Shown in pieces: positions 1-9,581 of a stretch of 50,615 nt of DNA; position 1 is the stretch's first letter; the number at the start of each line of letters is the position of its first letter. Position numbers and translations under genes: made by a program. The notes under the pieces are model-generated. The model was given only the letters and a program-made list of their open reading frames with translations. It did not search any database and had not been told where the DNA came from. This DNA is from Actinomycetota bacterium (lineage in GTDB: Bacteria; Actinomycetota; Acidimicrobiia; Acidimicrobiales; SZUA-35). Where the stretch lies: positions 1 to 50,615 of the forward strand of contig JBCCFN010000003.1 of assembly GCA_039029715.1 (NCBI GenBank). Direction: 5' to 3'.

Positions 1-28
1 CCCGCTCGACCTGCTACGGTCCGGGTGG

Positions 29-60
29 GCCCGTTCGGCGCCGCTCGGCACCGAATGGGC
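29..60 (+). promoter_or_regulatory. Stem-loop in the putative 5' leader of the MBOAT gene, just after a candidate -10 (TACGGT 15-20)
   Basis: GCCCGTTCGGCGCCG (29-43) pairs with CGGCACCGAATGGGC (46-60), with one G-U pair and one mismatch. Function is unknown; it could also be a terminator of an upstream gene outside the window. Confidence 0.4.
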
Positions 61-110
61 GGTAGGCGACGTAGGTTTGTCGGCGACGGCGGACGAGAGG
101 CTGTGGACCC

Positions 111-1517
111 GTGGTCTTCAACTCGATCGAGTTCGGTGTCTTTCTCCTCGTCGTCCTCGGGCTGTACTGGGCGCTGCCCCATCGAGCCCAGAATAGTCTG
201 CTCCTCGCCGCCTCCTACTTCTTCTATGGATGGTGGGACTGGCGGTTCCTCGGTCTCCTGGCCTTCAGCACCGTCGTCGACTACCTGGTCGGCCAGGGCC
301 TCGGCCAGACGACAGACGATGGCCGGCGGAAGCGACTACTGACCGTCAGCATCCTCACAAACCTCGGGGTGCTCGGCGTCTTCAAGTACCTGGGTTTCTT
401 CGCCGACTCACTCGATCGGGCGCTCGAGGGCGTCGGCCTGTCACCGCTGGCCCCGACCGTGGCCATCGTCCTGCCGGTCGGTATCAGCTTCTACACCTTC
501 CAGTCGATGAGCTACACGATCGACGTGTACCGCGGTCGGCTTGCCCCGGTCCGGGACCCGCTCGACTTCGCCCTCTACGTCTCGTTCTTCCCCCAGCTTG
601 TTGCCGGACCGATCGAACGGGCGACCAGCCTGCTACCCCAGATCAGCCACCGACGACGGCGCCCCGACCGGGAGGCGCTCGCCGAGGGAGCGCTGCTGAT
701 CGTGATCGGCCTGGTCAAGAAGGTCGTCGTCGCCGACGTGGCCGCCGGCCTGGTGAACTCGACCTTCGATCGCTCGGCCGACGCCGGAGGGCTCGAGCTA
801 CTGGTTGCGGTCTACGCCTTCGCCATCCAGATCTACGGGGACTTCTCCGGCTACAGCGACATCGCCCGTGGCTCCGCCAAGCTCCTCGGTATCGAGCTGA
901 TGGTCAACTTCCGCCAGCCGTACCTGGCCACCACGGTCACCGACTTCTGGCGGCGCTGGCACATTTCGCTGTCGACCTGGCTTCGGGACTACTTGTACAT
1001 CCCGCTCGGCGGCAACCGGCGCGAGCCACGGCGAACCTACCTCAACCTGATGACGGTGATGCTGCTCGGCGGACTGTGGCACGGGTCGGCGTGGACGTTC
1101 GTGGCCTGGGGCCTGTTGCACGGTGCCTATCTGGCCGGCGAACGCCGGCTCGGCATCGGTGAACCGGAACCGCTGCGGTCCGGCAGCGGGATCCTGGGGC
1201 TGTTTGCGACGTTCCACCTGGTCGGGTTGGCCTGGATCTTCTTCCGGGCCGACGGGTTCGGCCAGGCGATGGACGTCCTCGTCGGCATCGCAACGATGCG
1301 GGCCGGGCCGGTACCGGTCGTCGCCGTCATCAACGTCCTGGTCGGGCTCGGCGGCATCATTGCGGTACTCGACCTGGCCCAGTACCTCCGGAACGACGAG
1401 ACCGGCATCCGCCGGCTGCACCCGGCGTTCCAGGGGGCATTCGTCGGTGTGGCGGTCGGTCTGATCATCCTGACCAGCGGGGGCGAGGGAGAGCCGTTTG
1501 TCTACTTCCAGTTCTGA
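111..1517 (+). CDS. MBOAT family O-acyltransferase (AlgI/DltB/PatA-like)
   Basis: 468 aa polytopic membrane protein with LPVGISFYTFQ, FFPQLVAGPIER, YGDFSGYSD, FWRRWHISLS, GGLWHG and a C-terminal FVYFQF. GTG start with GAGAGG upstream. Confidence 0.95.
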   Translation: MVFNSIEFGVFLLVVLGLYWALPHRAQNSLLLAASYFFYGWWDWRFLGLLAFSTVVDYLVGQGLGQTTDDGRRKRLLTVSILTNLGVLGVFKYLGFFADSLDRALEGVGLSPLAPTVAIVLPVGISFYTFQSMSYTIDVYRGRLAPVRDPLDFALYVSFFPQLVAGPIERATSLLPQISHRRRRPDREALAEGALLIVIGLVKKVVVADVAAGLVNSTFDRSADAGGLELLVAVYAFAIQIYGDFSGYSDIARGSAKLLGIELMVNFRQPYLATTVTDFWRRWHISLSTWLRDYLYIPLGGNRREPRRTYLNLMTVMLLGGLWHGSAWTFVAWGLLHGAYLAGERRLGIGEPEPLRSGSGILGLFATFHLVGLAWIFFRADGFGQAMDVLVGIATMRAGPVPVVAVINVLVGLGGIIAVLDLAQYLRNDETGIRRLHPAFQGAFVGVAVGLIILTSGGEGEPFVYFQF

Positions 1518-2502
1518 CCGGGCCACCCCGAGCCGACGGACCCTCGTGTGGTTCCTGGCCGGGCTGGTCGGCGCACTCGGACTGCTCGAGGTCGCAGCGG
1601 CGATCGTCGGACCGGGCGCGACCGGGCAGGCCGTGATCGAGCACCACGGCTCGAACCTGGCAGACCTCGGACCCGAGGCGGCGGTCGGTGTGGTGTTTCT
1701 CGGCGACTCGTCGGTCGGGGCCGACGTCGATCCGTCGATGGTGAGCGAGCGGACCGGACGGGATGCCTACGGGCTGTGGCTCCCCGATGCCTCGCCATCG
1801 GTGATCGGTCCGCTGCTCACCGAGTTCTTCGGGGCCGATGCCACAACCGAGACCGTGGTCATCGGCCTCACCGCCCGGATGTTCAACGAGACGACGGCCA
1901 TCCGCCGGCTCGAGCGGCTCGACGCCGCCAGGGCGTCGTTGACCTGGCGGGCCCGGGCCGAGCCGGGACTGCTGACCCGGGCGGAACGGCGGGCCGGTCA
2001 GGTCTCCTCCCTGTTCCGGTACCGCGCCGGCCTCCGCCAGCCGTCAGACTGGATCAACGGGGCCCGCTCCGGGGGCCGGTTGGAGCTCCACCGGGACGGC
2101 CAGATCACCTTCTTCGAGAACGAGTCGATCGACGACATCCGCAGCGGGTACGAGTCGGGCGAACGCAATGCGCTGGCCGACTACCGGGTCAGCGACCGGG
2201 AGCTGGAGGTGCTGCTGGCCCTGATCGACGAGCTGACCTCGGACGGGATCGACGTCCACGTCGCCCTCCTGCCGACCCATGACCCCATCTATGACCCCTT
2301 CTTCCCGACCGCAGACACCGATGACCGGTTTCGGGTCCGACTCCGGTCGGAGCTGACGGCCACCGAGGTCGACGTGCCGATCGTCGACCTGACCGGCCTC
2401 GGCGATCAGCCGGACCTGTTCGCCGACGGCAACCACCTCAACCGGCGCGGCGCGGACGCCGCCACCGAGTTGCTGATCCGGCATCTCGACGGTGGGGGCT
2501 GA
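1498..2502 (+). CDS. Membrane-anchored SGNH-like acyltransferase/hydrolase partner (AlgJ/DltD/PatB-like)
   Basis: N-terminal TM helix, GDSS nucleophile motif, DGNH (DxxH) near the C-terminus; overlaps the 3' end of the MBOAT gene. Confidence 0.75.
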   Translation: MSTSSSDRATPSRRTLVWFLAGLVGALGLLEVAAAIVGPGATGQAVIEHHGSNLADLGPEAAVGVVFLGDSSVGADVDPSMVSERTGRDAYGLWLPDASPSVIGPLLTEFFGADATTETVVIGLTARMFNETTAIRRLERLDAARASLTWRARAEPGLLTRAERRAGQVSSLFRYRAGLRQPSDWINGARSGGRLELHRDGQITFFENESIDDIRSGYESGERNALADYRVSDRELEVLLALIDELTSDGIDVHVALLPTHDPIYDPFFPTADTDDRFRVRLRSELTATEVDVPIVDLTGLGDQPDLFADGNHLNRRGADAATELLIRHLDGGG

Positions 2503-2567
2503 GGGCTAGCGGCCACCGGCTCGAGTCGCATCGGTTCAGAGGCGAGGAGTTCGGTCCACCCAGTGGT

Positions 2568-3467
2568 TCAGGGCGTCAGGCTCTCGATGGCCCGCCGCGG
2601 CTGAACCAGCAGGCTCGGGAGCCGGCGGAGCACCGCAGACCGGCTCCCGACGGCGGCATAGAGCAGCCGACGCTTCAGTGACTCCAGCGAGGTGAGGGCC
2701 AGCCCACGACGCAGGGTCCACGGGCCGATGCCGTTGACCTCGTCTGTGGCCACCAGCCGCAGCAGCGCCCGGTGGCGGGGCCCGAGGGTCGTGGCCGAGG
2801 CCGAAGTCGCCTGACTCCAGACCCGAAACGAGGCCACCGAGTGCTCGAGGCCGACGAAGGAGCCCATCGGGAGCAGCCTCGTCCACAGGTCGAGGTCCAT
2901 CAGCAGGCTCCACTCCTCGCGGAACCCGCCGACCTGCTCGAAGTGGTCCCGCCGGAACAACACCGCGGCCGGCCATCCGATCGTGTTGGTACCGGACGCA
3001 ACCAGGCGGCGGAGGACGTCTGGCCCGTCGTGGACCCCGACGATGCCGGCCAGGCCACGGTCGCAAAGCACCACGGTGCCGTCATCGTCGATCACGTCTC
3101 GCAGACCGGCGACCAGCGCCGCCCCGGGGGCCTGATCGATTGCGGCCAACTGTCTGGCCAGGCAGGACGGATCGATCAGGTCGTCCGCACACAGGAGCTT
3201 GACCAGCGGCGCGTCGGCGGCCGCAACCGCCCGGTTCCAGTTCTCGACCATCGACACGGTGCGTTCGTTGGTGACCAGCTTGATGCGGGGGTCGCCGTAG
3301 GAGCGGACGATCTCGGCGGTTCGATCGGCCGATGCGTTGTCGACGACGACCAGCTGCCAGTCCTGATGAGTCTGGGCCAGGACGCTCTCGACGGTTGCGG
3401 CGATGAACGGCTCGGCGTTGAGCGCGGGGACACAGACCGAGACCGTCGCCGCACCCCCGTTCACCAC
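2568..3467 (-). CDS. Glycosyltransferase family 2
   Basis: VSVCVPALN, VVDNASAD, ENWN and CADD (DXD-like) motifs. Start moved to GTG 3467, downstream of a GGAGGG SD. Confidence 0.9.
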   Translation of the reverse strand: MVNGGAATVSVCVPALNAEPFIAATVESVLAQTHQDWQLVVVDNASADRTAEIVRSYGDPRIKLVTNERTVSMVENWNRAVAAADAPLVKLLCADDLIDPSCLARQLAAIDQAPGAALVAGLRDVIDDDGTVVLCDRGLAGIVGVHDGPDVLRRLVASGTNTIGWPAAVLFRRDHFEQVGGFREEWSLLMDLDLWTRLLPMGSFVGLEHSVASFRVWSQATSASATTLGPRHRALLRLVATDEVNGIGPWTLRRGLALTSLESLKRRLLYAAVGSRSAVLRRLPSLLVQPRRAIESLTP

Positions 3468-3597
3468 AGCACCACATCCCTCCGTGTCGGTCCTGCCGCA
3501 CCCGAGGACCCGTCGGGCTCGCCGATCAGTACAGCATGCCCCAGATCCGTTTCCTCCCATGACGGGCAAATCCGCTCGGCGGTGCGGGGCCGCCGAC

Positions 3598-5256
3598 CTA
3601 CCGACCGGGCCGGAGCAGCTCTCGGAGCCGCTCGGCAGAATCCGGCCTGGCGAAGAGGAATCCCTGGAGCTGATCGACACCGAGCTCGGTCAGGATTCGG
3701 GCCTGCTCGGTGGTCTCCACGCCCTCGGCGACGACCGACATGCCGACGCTCTTGGCCAGGGCGACGATGGCGGAGACGATCTTGCGGTCGACCTCGTCGT
3801 CAGCGATCCCCTCGACGAAAAGCCGGTCGATCTTGAGGGTCGAGACCATGGCCAGCTTCTTCAGCTGGCTGAGCGACGCCTGACTGGTCCCGAAGTCGTC
3901 GATGGCCAAACGGACCCCGAGCAGATCGAGCTGGCGGAGCACGACCAGCGAGCGATCCAGCCGCTCCATGATCAGTTCCTCGGTGATCTCGAGCTCCAGC
4001 TGACGAGGCAACAGCCCGGTGTTGGCCAGGACCCTGGTCACGGTGTCGATCAGGTTGAGGTCCATCAGCTGCCGCTCTGCGATGTTGACCGCCATCGAGA
4101 CCGGTCGACCGAACTCTTCGCTCCACCGGACCGCCTGACGGCAGGCCTCGGACAGGACCAGCTCACCGAGCTCGACCACGAGCAACGACTCCGCCGCGAC
4201 CGGAAGGAACGCCGATGGCAGGATCACGCCCCGGCGAGGGTGATTCCACCGGACCAACGCCTCGAATCGGCTCGGCTCGGTGTCGCCCCGATCGACGATC
4301 GGCTGGTAGTGGACCTCGATCTCGCCGTTCCGGATCCCCCACCGCAGCTCCTGCTCGAGCTCAAGCCGAGCGACTGCCTCGGCCCGCAGCTCTGCGTCGA
4401 AGACGGCGGCTCGCCCGCCCCCCTCCCCCTTGGCCTGGTACATGGCGGCATCGGCGTCGCGGAGCAGCTCCTCGGCGGTGGCCCCGACGGGGCCGATCAC
4501 CGAAGCGATCCCGATACTCCCGGACACGACCTGGGTCGAGCCGTCGGCCAGCACGGTCGGCTGATCGAGCGAGTCGTTGATTCGACCGGCCAGGATCTCC
4601 AGGTCTCGGACGGTCGGGAGGCTCGACGAGACGATGACGAACTCGTCCCCGCCGAACCGGCCGACCGAGTCGGTCGATCGAACCAGCGTGGCCAGGCGAT
4701 TGGCAACCACCCGCAGCACCTCGTCCCCGGCCTGATGACCGAGCGAATCGTTGATCACCTTGAGCCGATCGAGGTCGCAGAACAGGACCCCGAGCAGATC
4801 GTTTGGCCGCAGCTCGGCCAACCGTCGCTCGATGTCTGCGGTCAGGCCCTTCCGGTTGATCAAGCCCGTCAGCTCGTCGATGTGGGTCTCCCGCCGGATC
4901 CGGTCGACGTAGTGTCTGGTCACGACGTGGTCGCGGATGCTCCGGGAGAGCACGAGCACCGCCCCGCTGAGCAGCAGCCCCGACACCAGCGCAACCGACG
5001 AGCCGAGGTGGCCCTGTCCGGTTGACGACTCAAGGGTCCGCAGGCTTCGCCAGACGAAGCCAGACAGCAGGAGGGTGATGACCGCCAGGGGCGCCAGCGG
5101 GACCCGTTCCAGCACGATCCGGACCGGGTCGGCGCTCGGTGCGGCCGGTCCACCGACGGTTGGCGGCCCGGGGGCGACGATGGTCAGCGGCCCCCGCTCG
5201 GCCGGCACGACCGTGACACCGGACGGCGATTCACTGGCGTGCCGTGAGTGGACCAC
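3598..5256 (-). CDS. Membrane-bound diguanylate cyclase/phosphodiesterase (2 TM-GGDEF-EAL)
   Basis: Intact GGDEF with an RxxD I-site (RSTD) five residues upstream; EAL (FEALVRW), DDFGT, AEGVE and QGF motifs. Start uncertain; GTG 5256 chosen because it sits 6 nt after the sigma-28-like -10. Confidence 0.9.
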   Translation of the reverse strand: MVHSRHASESPSGVTVVPAERGPLTIVAPGPPTVGGPAAPSADPVRIVLERVPLAPLAVITLLLSGFVWRSLRTLESSTGQGHLGSSVALVSGLLLSGAVLVLSRSIRDHVVTRHYVDRIRRETHIDELTGLINRKGLTADIERRLAELRPNDLLGVLFCDLDRLKVINDSLGHQAGDEVLRVVANRLATLVRSTDSVGRFGGDEFVIVSSSLPTVRDLEILAGRINDSLDQPTVLADGSTQVVSGSIGIASVIGPVGATAEELLRDADAAMYQAKGEGGGRAAVFDAELRAEAVARLELEQELRWGIRNGEIEVHYQPIVDRGDTEPSRFEALVRWNHPRRGVILPSAFLPVAAESLLVVELGELVLSEACRQAVRWSEEFGRPVSMAVNIAERQLMDLNLIDTVTRVLANTGLLPRQLELEITEELIMERLDRSLVVLRQLDLLGVRLAIDDFGTSQASLSQLKKLAMVSTLKIDRLFVEGIADDEVDRKIVSAIVALAKSVGMSVVAEGVETTEQARILTELGVDQLQGFLFARPDSAERLRELLRPGR

Positions 5257-5262
5257 GCCTGC

Positions 5263-5289
5263 CCATCGGCCAGCCGGACCGGGAGTTGA
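5263..5289 (-). promoter_or_regulatory. Sigma-28 (FliA/WhiG)-like promoter of the GGDEF-EAL gene
   Basis: Minus strand reads TCAA-ctcccggtccggctg(15)-GCCGATGG, then 6 nt to GTG; resembles TAAA-N15-GCCGATAA. Confidence 0.55.
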
Positions 5290-5341
5290 CCACTCCGTGA
5301 AATCGGGCACCGGTCCGGTCGACGTTGCCGACCGAGTACAC

Positions 5342-5563
5342 CTAGGGGCCGGTGCTCGGTCGGATGTCGAACGCCTCCCAGCGCCCGGGGCCGCCGGGAC
5401 CGAGCCGAAAACGGACCGGGGCACCGGTCTCGATCCGCCTGGTTCCGTCTGCGATCGTGGTGCAGTGGAACGTCCACCGGGCGCCGGTGTCGTCGATCAC
5501 CTGGCCAAGACCGACCTCGGCATCGAAGCTGTCGACCCGGCCGTGGCGCTCGGCGACGATCAT
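5342..5563 (-). CDS. Small cold-shock/OB-fold domain protein
   Basis: 73 aa from ATG 5563; GRVDSFD...GLGQV...FHCTTI...GAPVRF matches a divergent CSD pattern. Confidence 0.7.
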   Translation of the reverse strand: MIVAERHGRVDSFDAEVGLGQVIDDTGARWTFHCTTIADGTRRIETGAPVRFRLGPGGPGRWEAFDIRPSTGP

Positions 5564-5570
5564 CGGCCGA

Positions 5571-6449
5571 TCAGGGGACGATCTTGGCCAGCGGCAACTC
5601 GATGATGTCCGAGGCGCCGGCGTCGCGGAGGTCCGGGATGAGGATGTTGATGTCCGACTTCGGCACCACGGTCTCGACTGCGAAGCCGGCACCACCGTGG
5701 AGCTCATTGACCGTCGGGGCCTTCATGGCCGGCAGCAGGCTGATGACCTTGTCCAGGGCGACCGCATCCTCGACGTTCAGCTTGACCAGCACCTTGGTCC
5801 TGGCGTCGAGCGCGCCGAGCAGCAGGGTCCGGAGCTGCTCCATGGCGTGGCGCTTGTCCGGATCGGCGTGGGAGGCCGGATTGGCAACCACCTCGGTGTA
5901 GCTGCTCATGATCGTGTCGATGATCCGCAGCCCGGCGGCTCGGAGGGCCCGACCGGTCTCGGTGATGTCGACCGCGACGTCGACGATGTCCGGGACCTTG
6001 GCCTCGGTGGCGCCGTAGGAGAGCCGGATGTCTGCCTCGACGCCGCGGTCGGCGAAGAACCGCCGGGTCAGGTTCGGGTACTCGGTGGAGACCTTCACCC
6101 CGGACGCCAGCTCAGACACCTCCTGGATCGGCGAGTCCTCGGGGACGGCGACCACGATCCGAACCGGGTTTGCCGTGGCCTTCGAGTACTTCAGCTCACC
6201 GAGGGAGACCACGTCACTGCTGGTTTCCTCGACCCAGTCCCGGCCCGTGATCCCGAGGTCGAACAGCCCGTCCGCCACGTAGGTCGGGATCTCCTGCGGA
6301 CGCAGGATCCGAACCCCGAGGACGCGGGGGTCGCGGATGGTGGCCTTGTAGTCGACGGCGGAGCTGCGCTTGACCGGCAGGTCGGCCGCCTCGAACAGCT
6401 CCAGGGTTGCCTTCTCCAGGGACCCCTTCGGCAAGACGAGATTCAGCAT
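5571..6449 (-). CDS. hisG: ATP phosphoribosyltransferase (long form)
   Basis: PKGSL, RPQEIP, DLGITGRDW, SYGATE and DITETGRAL motifs; C-terminal regulatory domain. Confidence 0.95.
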   Translation of the reverse strand: MLNLVLPKGSLEKATLELFEAADLPVKRSSAVDYKATIRDPRVLGVRILRPQEIPTYVADGLFDLGITGRDWVEETSSDVVSLGELKYSKATANPVRIVVAVPEDSPIQEVSELASGVKVSTEYPNLTRRFFADRGVEADIRLSYGATEAKVPDIVDVAVDITETGRALRAAGLRIIDTIMSSYTEVVANPASHADPDKRHAMEQLRTLLLGALDARTKVLVKLNVEDAVALDKVISLLPAMKAPTVNELHGGAGFAVETVVPKSDINILIPDLRDAGASDIIELPLAKIVP

Positions 6450-6511
6450 GCTTCCACGCTAGTGGCCGAGCAGCGGAATCCAGTCGGACACCGGTCACGC
6501 CCCGGCGACCG

Positions 6512-7798
6512 CTACTGGGCCGCAGCCGAGCCCTCGTCGAGGTCGAGCAGGTGCCCCATCCGCTGCTGTTTCGCCCGCAGGTAGGCGATGTTGTGAGCGT
6601 TCGGCTTGGTGTGGATCGGGACCCGATCGGTGATCTCGAGCCCGAACCCGTCCAGCCCGCCGAACTTGGACGGGTTGTTCGTCATCAACCGCATCGTGGT
6701 CACCCCGAGGTCGACCAGCATCTGGGCCCCGATGCCGTACTCCCGGCTGTCGGCCGGAAGGCCCTGTTGGAGGTTGGCGTCAACCGTGTCGAGACCCTGC
6801 TGTTGCAGCTCGTAGGCCCGGATCTTGTGGCCGAGACCGATTCCTCGGCCCTCGTGGCCACGAAGGTAGACGACCACCCCCTCGCCGGCCTCGGCGATCA
6901 TCTGCAGCGCCAGGTCCAGCTGGGGGCCACAGTCGCAGCGGAGCGATCCGAAGATGTCGCCGGTCAGGCACTCGCTGTGGACCCGGACCAGCACGTCCTC
7001 GCTCCCGGCGGGATCGCCCCTGACGAAGGCCACGTGCTCCTGGCCGTCGAGGACCGACTCGTACACGACCGACTGGAAGTCGCCGTGTGCGGTCGGGATC
7101 GTGGCCTCGGCCATCCGGACGACCAGCTTCTCGGTCCGTCGCCGATAGCGAACCAGGTCGGCGATCGAGATGAACACCAGGTCGTGTTCGGCGCAGAATT
7201 CGATCAGGTCCGGGACCCGGGCCATCGAGCCGTCCGGCTTCACGATCTCGCACAGCACGCCGGCCGGCCGCAACCCGGCCAGCTCGCACAGGTCGACGGC
7301 GGCCTCGGTGTGGCCGGCCCGCTTCAGCACGCCGCCGGGCCGGGCCCGGAGGGGGAAGATGTGGCCGGGCCGGGCGAAGTCGGCGGCCGAGGTGGTCGGA
7401 TCGCTGAGGGCTCGGATCGACAGGGCCCGGTCCTCGGCCGAGATCCCGGTGGTGGTCCCGTGGCGATAGTCGACGGTGACGGTGAACGCGGTCCGCATCG
7501 CTTCGGTGTTCTGGGCGACCATCAGCGGGAGGTCGAGCTGTTCGGCCCGCTCGTCCGAGATCGACGTGCAGATCACGCCGGAGGAGTGGTTGACGATGAA
7601 GGCGATCCGCTCCGCAGTCGCGAACTCGGCGGCCATGATCAGGTCACCTTCGTTCTCCCGGTCCTCGTCGTCGACAACGACGACCATCTCACCACGGCCG
7701 ATGGCGGCAATCGCCTCCTCGACCGTGTCGAACGGGCTGTCGCCGGCATCGCCGCCGGCGGTCTCATCGTGTCCGTTGGTTCCCATCGATCCACTCAT
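6512..7798 (-). CDS. ribBA: Bifunctional DHBP synthase / GTP cyclohydrolase II
   Basis: [32 protein letters not shown] and EGRGIGL motifs; ATGA overlap with ribE. Confidence 0.96.
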   Translation of the reverse strand: MSGSMGTNGHDETAGGDAGDSPFDTVEEAIAAIGRGEMVVVVDDEDRENEGDLIMAAEFATAERIAFIVNHSSGVICTSISDERAEQLDLPLMVAQNTEAMRTAFTVTVDYRHGTTTGISAEDRALSIRALSDPTTSAADFARPGHIFPLRARPGGVLKRAGHTEAAVDLCELAGLRPAGVLCEIVKPDGSMARVPDLIEFCAEHDLVFISIADLVRYRRRTEKLVVRMAEATIPTAHGDFQSVVYESVLDGQEHVAFVRGDPAGSEDVLVRVHSECLTGDIFGSLRCDCGPQLDLALQMIAEAGEGVVVYLRGHEGRGIGLGHKIRAYELQQQGLDTVDANLQQGLPADSREYGIGAQMLVDLGVTTMRLMTNNPSKFGGLDGFGLEITDRVPIHTKPNAHNIAYLRAKQQRMGHLLDLDEGSAAAQ

Positions 7799-8382
7799 TC
7801 GCTTTCCTGGCCGAGGTGGCCGGCAAGCAGCCGCTCGGCGTACTTGGCCATCACATCGACCTCGATGTTGACCCGATCACCGGGGCCCTTGGTCCCCAAG
7901 GTCGTGACCTCTGCGGTGTGGGGGATCACGGCCACGGTGAACCCGTCGATCGCTGGATCGACCACGGTCAGGCTGATCCCGTCGACGGTGACCGAGCCCT
8001 TCTCCACCAGGTAGCGGTGCAGGGGCTCCGGGATCCGGACCTTCAGGTCGGGGGCCGGTGCAACGATCTCGCCGACTGCGTCGACGTGGCCCTGGACCAG
8101 GTGGCCGCCGAGGCGGTCGGCGAGGCGGACCGGGCGTTCCAGGTTGACCGGATCCCCATCGGCCAGGTCGCCGAGCTGGGTCCGGGCGTAGGACTCCTCG
8201 GTGACATCTGCGGCGAACCAGCCGTCGTCGAGGCTCCACTCGACCACGGTGAGGCAGCACCCGTTGACCGCGATCGAGGCGCCGAGCTCCACATCTTCGA
8301 GCACCCGCTTGCAGTTGAGCATCAAACGCTCACCGTCGCGGGATCGAACCGATCCGAGTTCTTCGACTATCCCTGTGAACAC
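7795..8382 (-). CDS. ribE: Riboflavin synthase
   Basis: [11 protein letters not shown]-terminus, [23 protein letters not shown]. Confidence 0.96.
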   Translation of the reverse strand: MFTGIVEELGSVRSRDGERLMLNCKRVLEDVELGASIAVNGCCLTVVEWSLDDGWFAADVTEESYARTQLGDLADGDPVNLERPVRLADRLGGHLVQGHVDAVGEIVAPAPDLKVRIPEPLHRYLVEKGSVTVDGISLTVVDPAIDGFTVAVIPHTAEVTTLGTKGPGDRVNIEVDVMAKYAERLLAGHLGQESE

Positions 8383-8475
8383 ACTCGACCTCGTCCATCG
8401 GTACCGGGCGCCGGAGCGGACACCCCGGGACCGACCGGTCGACCGATCCCGACCTCCCAGGGTAAGACGTCATCG

Positions 8476-8489
8476 TTGATTCAGGTCAA
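8476..8489. promoter_or_regulatory. Inverted repeat resembling an FNR-type operator (TTGAT-N4-GTCAA) upstream of ribE
   Basis: TTGATTCAGGTCAA matches TTGAT-N4-ATCAA at 9 of 10 positions, in an AT-richer part of the ribD-ribE gap. Confidence 0.35.
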
Positions 8490-8519
8490 ACCCCGTGGAT
8501 CGTGTGGTCATCGTCCATG

Positions 8520-9581
8520 TCACCCACCGTGTCCCCGGTGCGCCGGATCGATCGTGAGATCGAGACGAAGATCGCCGCCCAGTGGCGTGATCGCCTCGAT
8601 CCGACCCCGGGGCATCTCACCGATCGTGGCCGCTCCCCGGCCGGCGAACAGCGGTCGGCCGGCCTCGCCGCCCATCAGCGCCGGCGCCAGATAGACCACG
8701 TAGTGGTCGACGAGCCCCTCGTGGTGGAACCGACCGGCGACGGTGGCGCCGCCCTCGACCATCAGCTGGACCACCCCGCGCCGACCGAGCTCGTCCAGCA
8801 CCTCCGGCAGCGGCCCGGAGTACTCGAGGCAGGGGTGGATGGCGGCCTCCGGCGGAGCGGTCCCCAACACCACCCGAAGCGGTTCCCTGACCGGCTGACC
8901 ATCCGGAGCGATCACTCCTCGGACCGTCAGCCGCGGGTCGTCGTCACGGACGGTCCCGGCACCGACCAGGATGGCGTCCGACTCGGCCCGGAGCCGGTGG
9001 GCATCGGCTCGAGCCGCCTCGCCGGTGATCCACTGGCTTGTCCCGTCCGGTGCCGCGGTCCGGCCGTCGAGCGTGGCCGCCAGCTTCAGCACCACGTAGG
9101 GCCGGCCGGTCCGACGGTGGTGGAGGTACGGGGCGAGCTGGCGCTCGACCGCCTCGGCCCCTGGACCGACCGTGACCTCGATCCCGGCCTCCTCCAGGAT
9201 GGCAACGCCCCGGCCGGACACGTTGGGATCCGGGTCGAGGACGGCGACAACTACCCGGGCCACGCCTCCACCGACGATGGCCGTGGCGCAGGGGCCGGTC
9301 CGCCCCCGGTGGGCGCAGGGCTCGAGCGTGGTGTAGAGGGTGGCCCCGGCCGCCCGGTCCCCGGCCAGTCGGAGCGCCACCCGTTCGGCATGCTCCCCGC
9401 CCGGTCGCCTGGTCGACCCGGGAAACGAGACCCCGTCAGGCGTGACCACCAGCGCACCGACCCACGGGTTCGGCGGGGCCAGCAGCCTGGCGTGGTCGGC
9501 GGCGGCGATGGCCCGGGCCATGAGCGCCTCATCGTCCGGGCGGTGGTCGTCTGCGACCACCGAGGCGGCGGTCGAGGTCAA
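8520..9581 (-). CDS. ribD: Bifunctional pyrimidine deaminase/reductase
   Basis: PNPWVG, HAE, TLEPCAHRGRTGPC, SQWITG, DDPRLTVR and VEGG motifs. TTG 9581 overlaps the mog stop (TTGA). Confidence 0.93.
   Translation of the reverse strand: MTSTAASVVADDHRPDDEALMARAIAAADHARLLAPPNPWVGALVVTPDGVSFPGSTRRPGGEHAERVALRLAGDRAAGATLYTTLEPCAHRGRTGPCATAIVGGGVARVVVAVLDPDPNVSGRGVAILEEAGIEVTVGPGAEAVERQLAPYLHHRRTGRPYVVLKLAATLDGRTAAPDGTSQWITGEAARADAHRLRAESDAILVGAGTVRDDDPRLTVRGVIAPDGQPVREPLRVVLGTAPPEAAIHPCLEYSGPLPEVLDELGRRGVVQLMVEGGATVAGRFHHEGLVDHYVVYLAPALMGGEAGRPLFAGRGAATIGEMPRGRIEAITPLGGDLRLDLTIDPAHRGHGG

Noticed and set aside
3560-3605. GGGCAAA...GCGGGGCCGC resembling a c-di-GMP-I riboswitch between the GT2 and GGDEF-EAL genes
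   Set aside because: It is on the wrong strand for both neighbours and lacks the GNRA loop and GACGCAAAG core.
8395-8420. TCCG-N14-ACCGATGG upstream of ribE as a further sigma-28-like site
   Set aside because: The -35 is poor and the spacing is off, so it cannot be distinguished from background.
8486-8518. 10-codon minus-strand ORF MDDDHTIHGV right after ribD, considered as a His leader peptide
   Set aside because: It has only two non-adjacent His codons and no attenuator structure, and hisG has its own leaderless promoter.
8383-8519. FMN riboswitch expected in the rib cluster
   Set aside because: None of the conserved RFN blocks are visible on either strand.
3403-8694. Long antisense or alternate-frame ORFs (e.g. 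3403-5025+, 5352-6584+, 6407-8014+, and similar ones throughout such as 27228-28712+ and 41098-42477+)
   Set aside because: They are shadow ORFs of well-identified opposite-strand genes in high-GC DNA, with no motifs or initiation signals.
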